Positions 63,394-64,000 of a stretch of 64,000 bases of DNA are shown here, one piece after another. The notes under the pieces were generated by a model, which saw only the letters and a program-made list of their open reading frames with translations, was not told the origin of the DNA and did no database searches. The stretch lies in contig NC_042997.1 of the NCBI RefSeq assembly GCF_006345805.1, forward strand, positions 157,232,001 through 157,296,000. Direction: 5' to 3'. Source of the stretch: Octopus sinensis. Lineage: Eukaryota. A program made the translations under genes and the position numbers. Position 1 is the first letter of the stretch, and each line of letters opens with the position of its first letter.

Positions 63394-63840
63394 AAGGCGG
63401 TAATCTGGCAGATAGTGTTAGATTTTCCGAATAAAGTCTAAGCGGTATTTCTTTTGGCTGGCAGAAACGTTAGCACGCCGGGCGAAATGCGTAGCCGTAT
63501 TTCGTCTGCTGTTACGCTCTGAGTTCAAATTCCGCCGAGGTCGACTTTGCCTTTCATCCTTTCGGGGTCGATTAAATAAGTACCAGTTACACACTGGGGT
63601 CGATGTAATCGACTTAATTGTTTGTCTCCTCTGTGTTTAGCCCCTTGTGGGTAGTAAAGAAATAGGTATTTCTTCTGGCTTTACATTCTGGTTTCAAATT
63701 CCGCTGGAGGCCGACTTTACCTCCATCTTCTCTGGATCGATAAAATAAACATCAGGTAAACGGTGAGTTCGATGTAATCGATTAGCTCCTCCCGCCACAT
63801 TTCTATTATTCACATAAGGCTTTATAGTAGAAAGGAAATA
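63394..63840 (+). mobile_element. Young SINE B inserted inside an old SINE B
   Basis: Old head 63394-63443, TSD ggtatttctt(t/c)tggct at 63444-63459 and 63665-63680, young copy between them, old body continuing to ~63840. Confidence 0.9.
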
Positions 63841-64000
63841 TAATATTATGTAATAGTGTTTCCTGCCGAGCTTTAATTTATCTTTAATCGTTTTAGTGTC
63901 CGGAGGATAAGTAGCAGCCAAGTACCGTAGTTGATATGATTGATCATACTCCTCCTCTGCCAAATTGTGGCCTTGTACTAATTACACAATTACTAGTTCA

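Overview
AT-rich, microsatellite-saturated eukaryotic DNA with one 100-N gap. The repeat content looks like an octopus (coleoid cephalopod) genome; this is inferred from the tRNA-headed SINE families, not verified by search. I recognise no host protein-coding gene, true tRNA, rRNA or CRISPR array, and almost all listed ORFs are microsatellite translations. The window holds three tRNA-derived SINE families (A, B, C) and one unclassified dispersed family (D). It also has a CR1-type LINE 3' relic, RTE-like relics, two non-autonomous Helitrons, a decayed Helitron RepHel, a full-length decayed Tc1-type transposon with DD36E spacing, a deleted mariner and several TA-flanked MITEs. A 5'-truncated Penelope-like element (PLE) has ~1.2-kb pseudo-LTRs in inverted orientation. 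The most interesting signal is a set of hammerhead-ribozyme-like motifs in several small repeat families, most abutting (TA)n tracts. These include canonical minimal type I motifs, one with full-length stems II and III, a CUGUUGA-core family, a decayed tandem retrozyme-like dimer, and a candidate with a swapped G3:C8 core pair (GUGAACA). Separately, a young SINE-B subfamily ends in GGTATT, has TSDs starting with (G/A)TATT, and inserts into its own internal GGTATTT site. All ribozyme calls are manual structure readings and untested.
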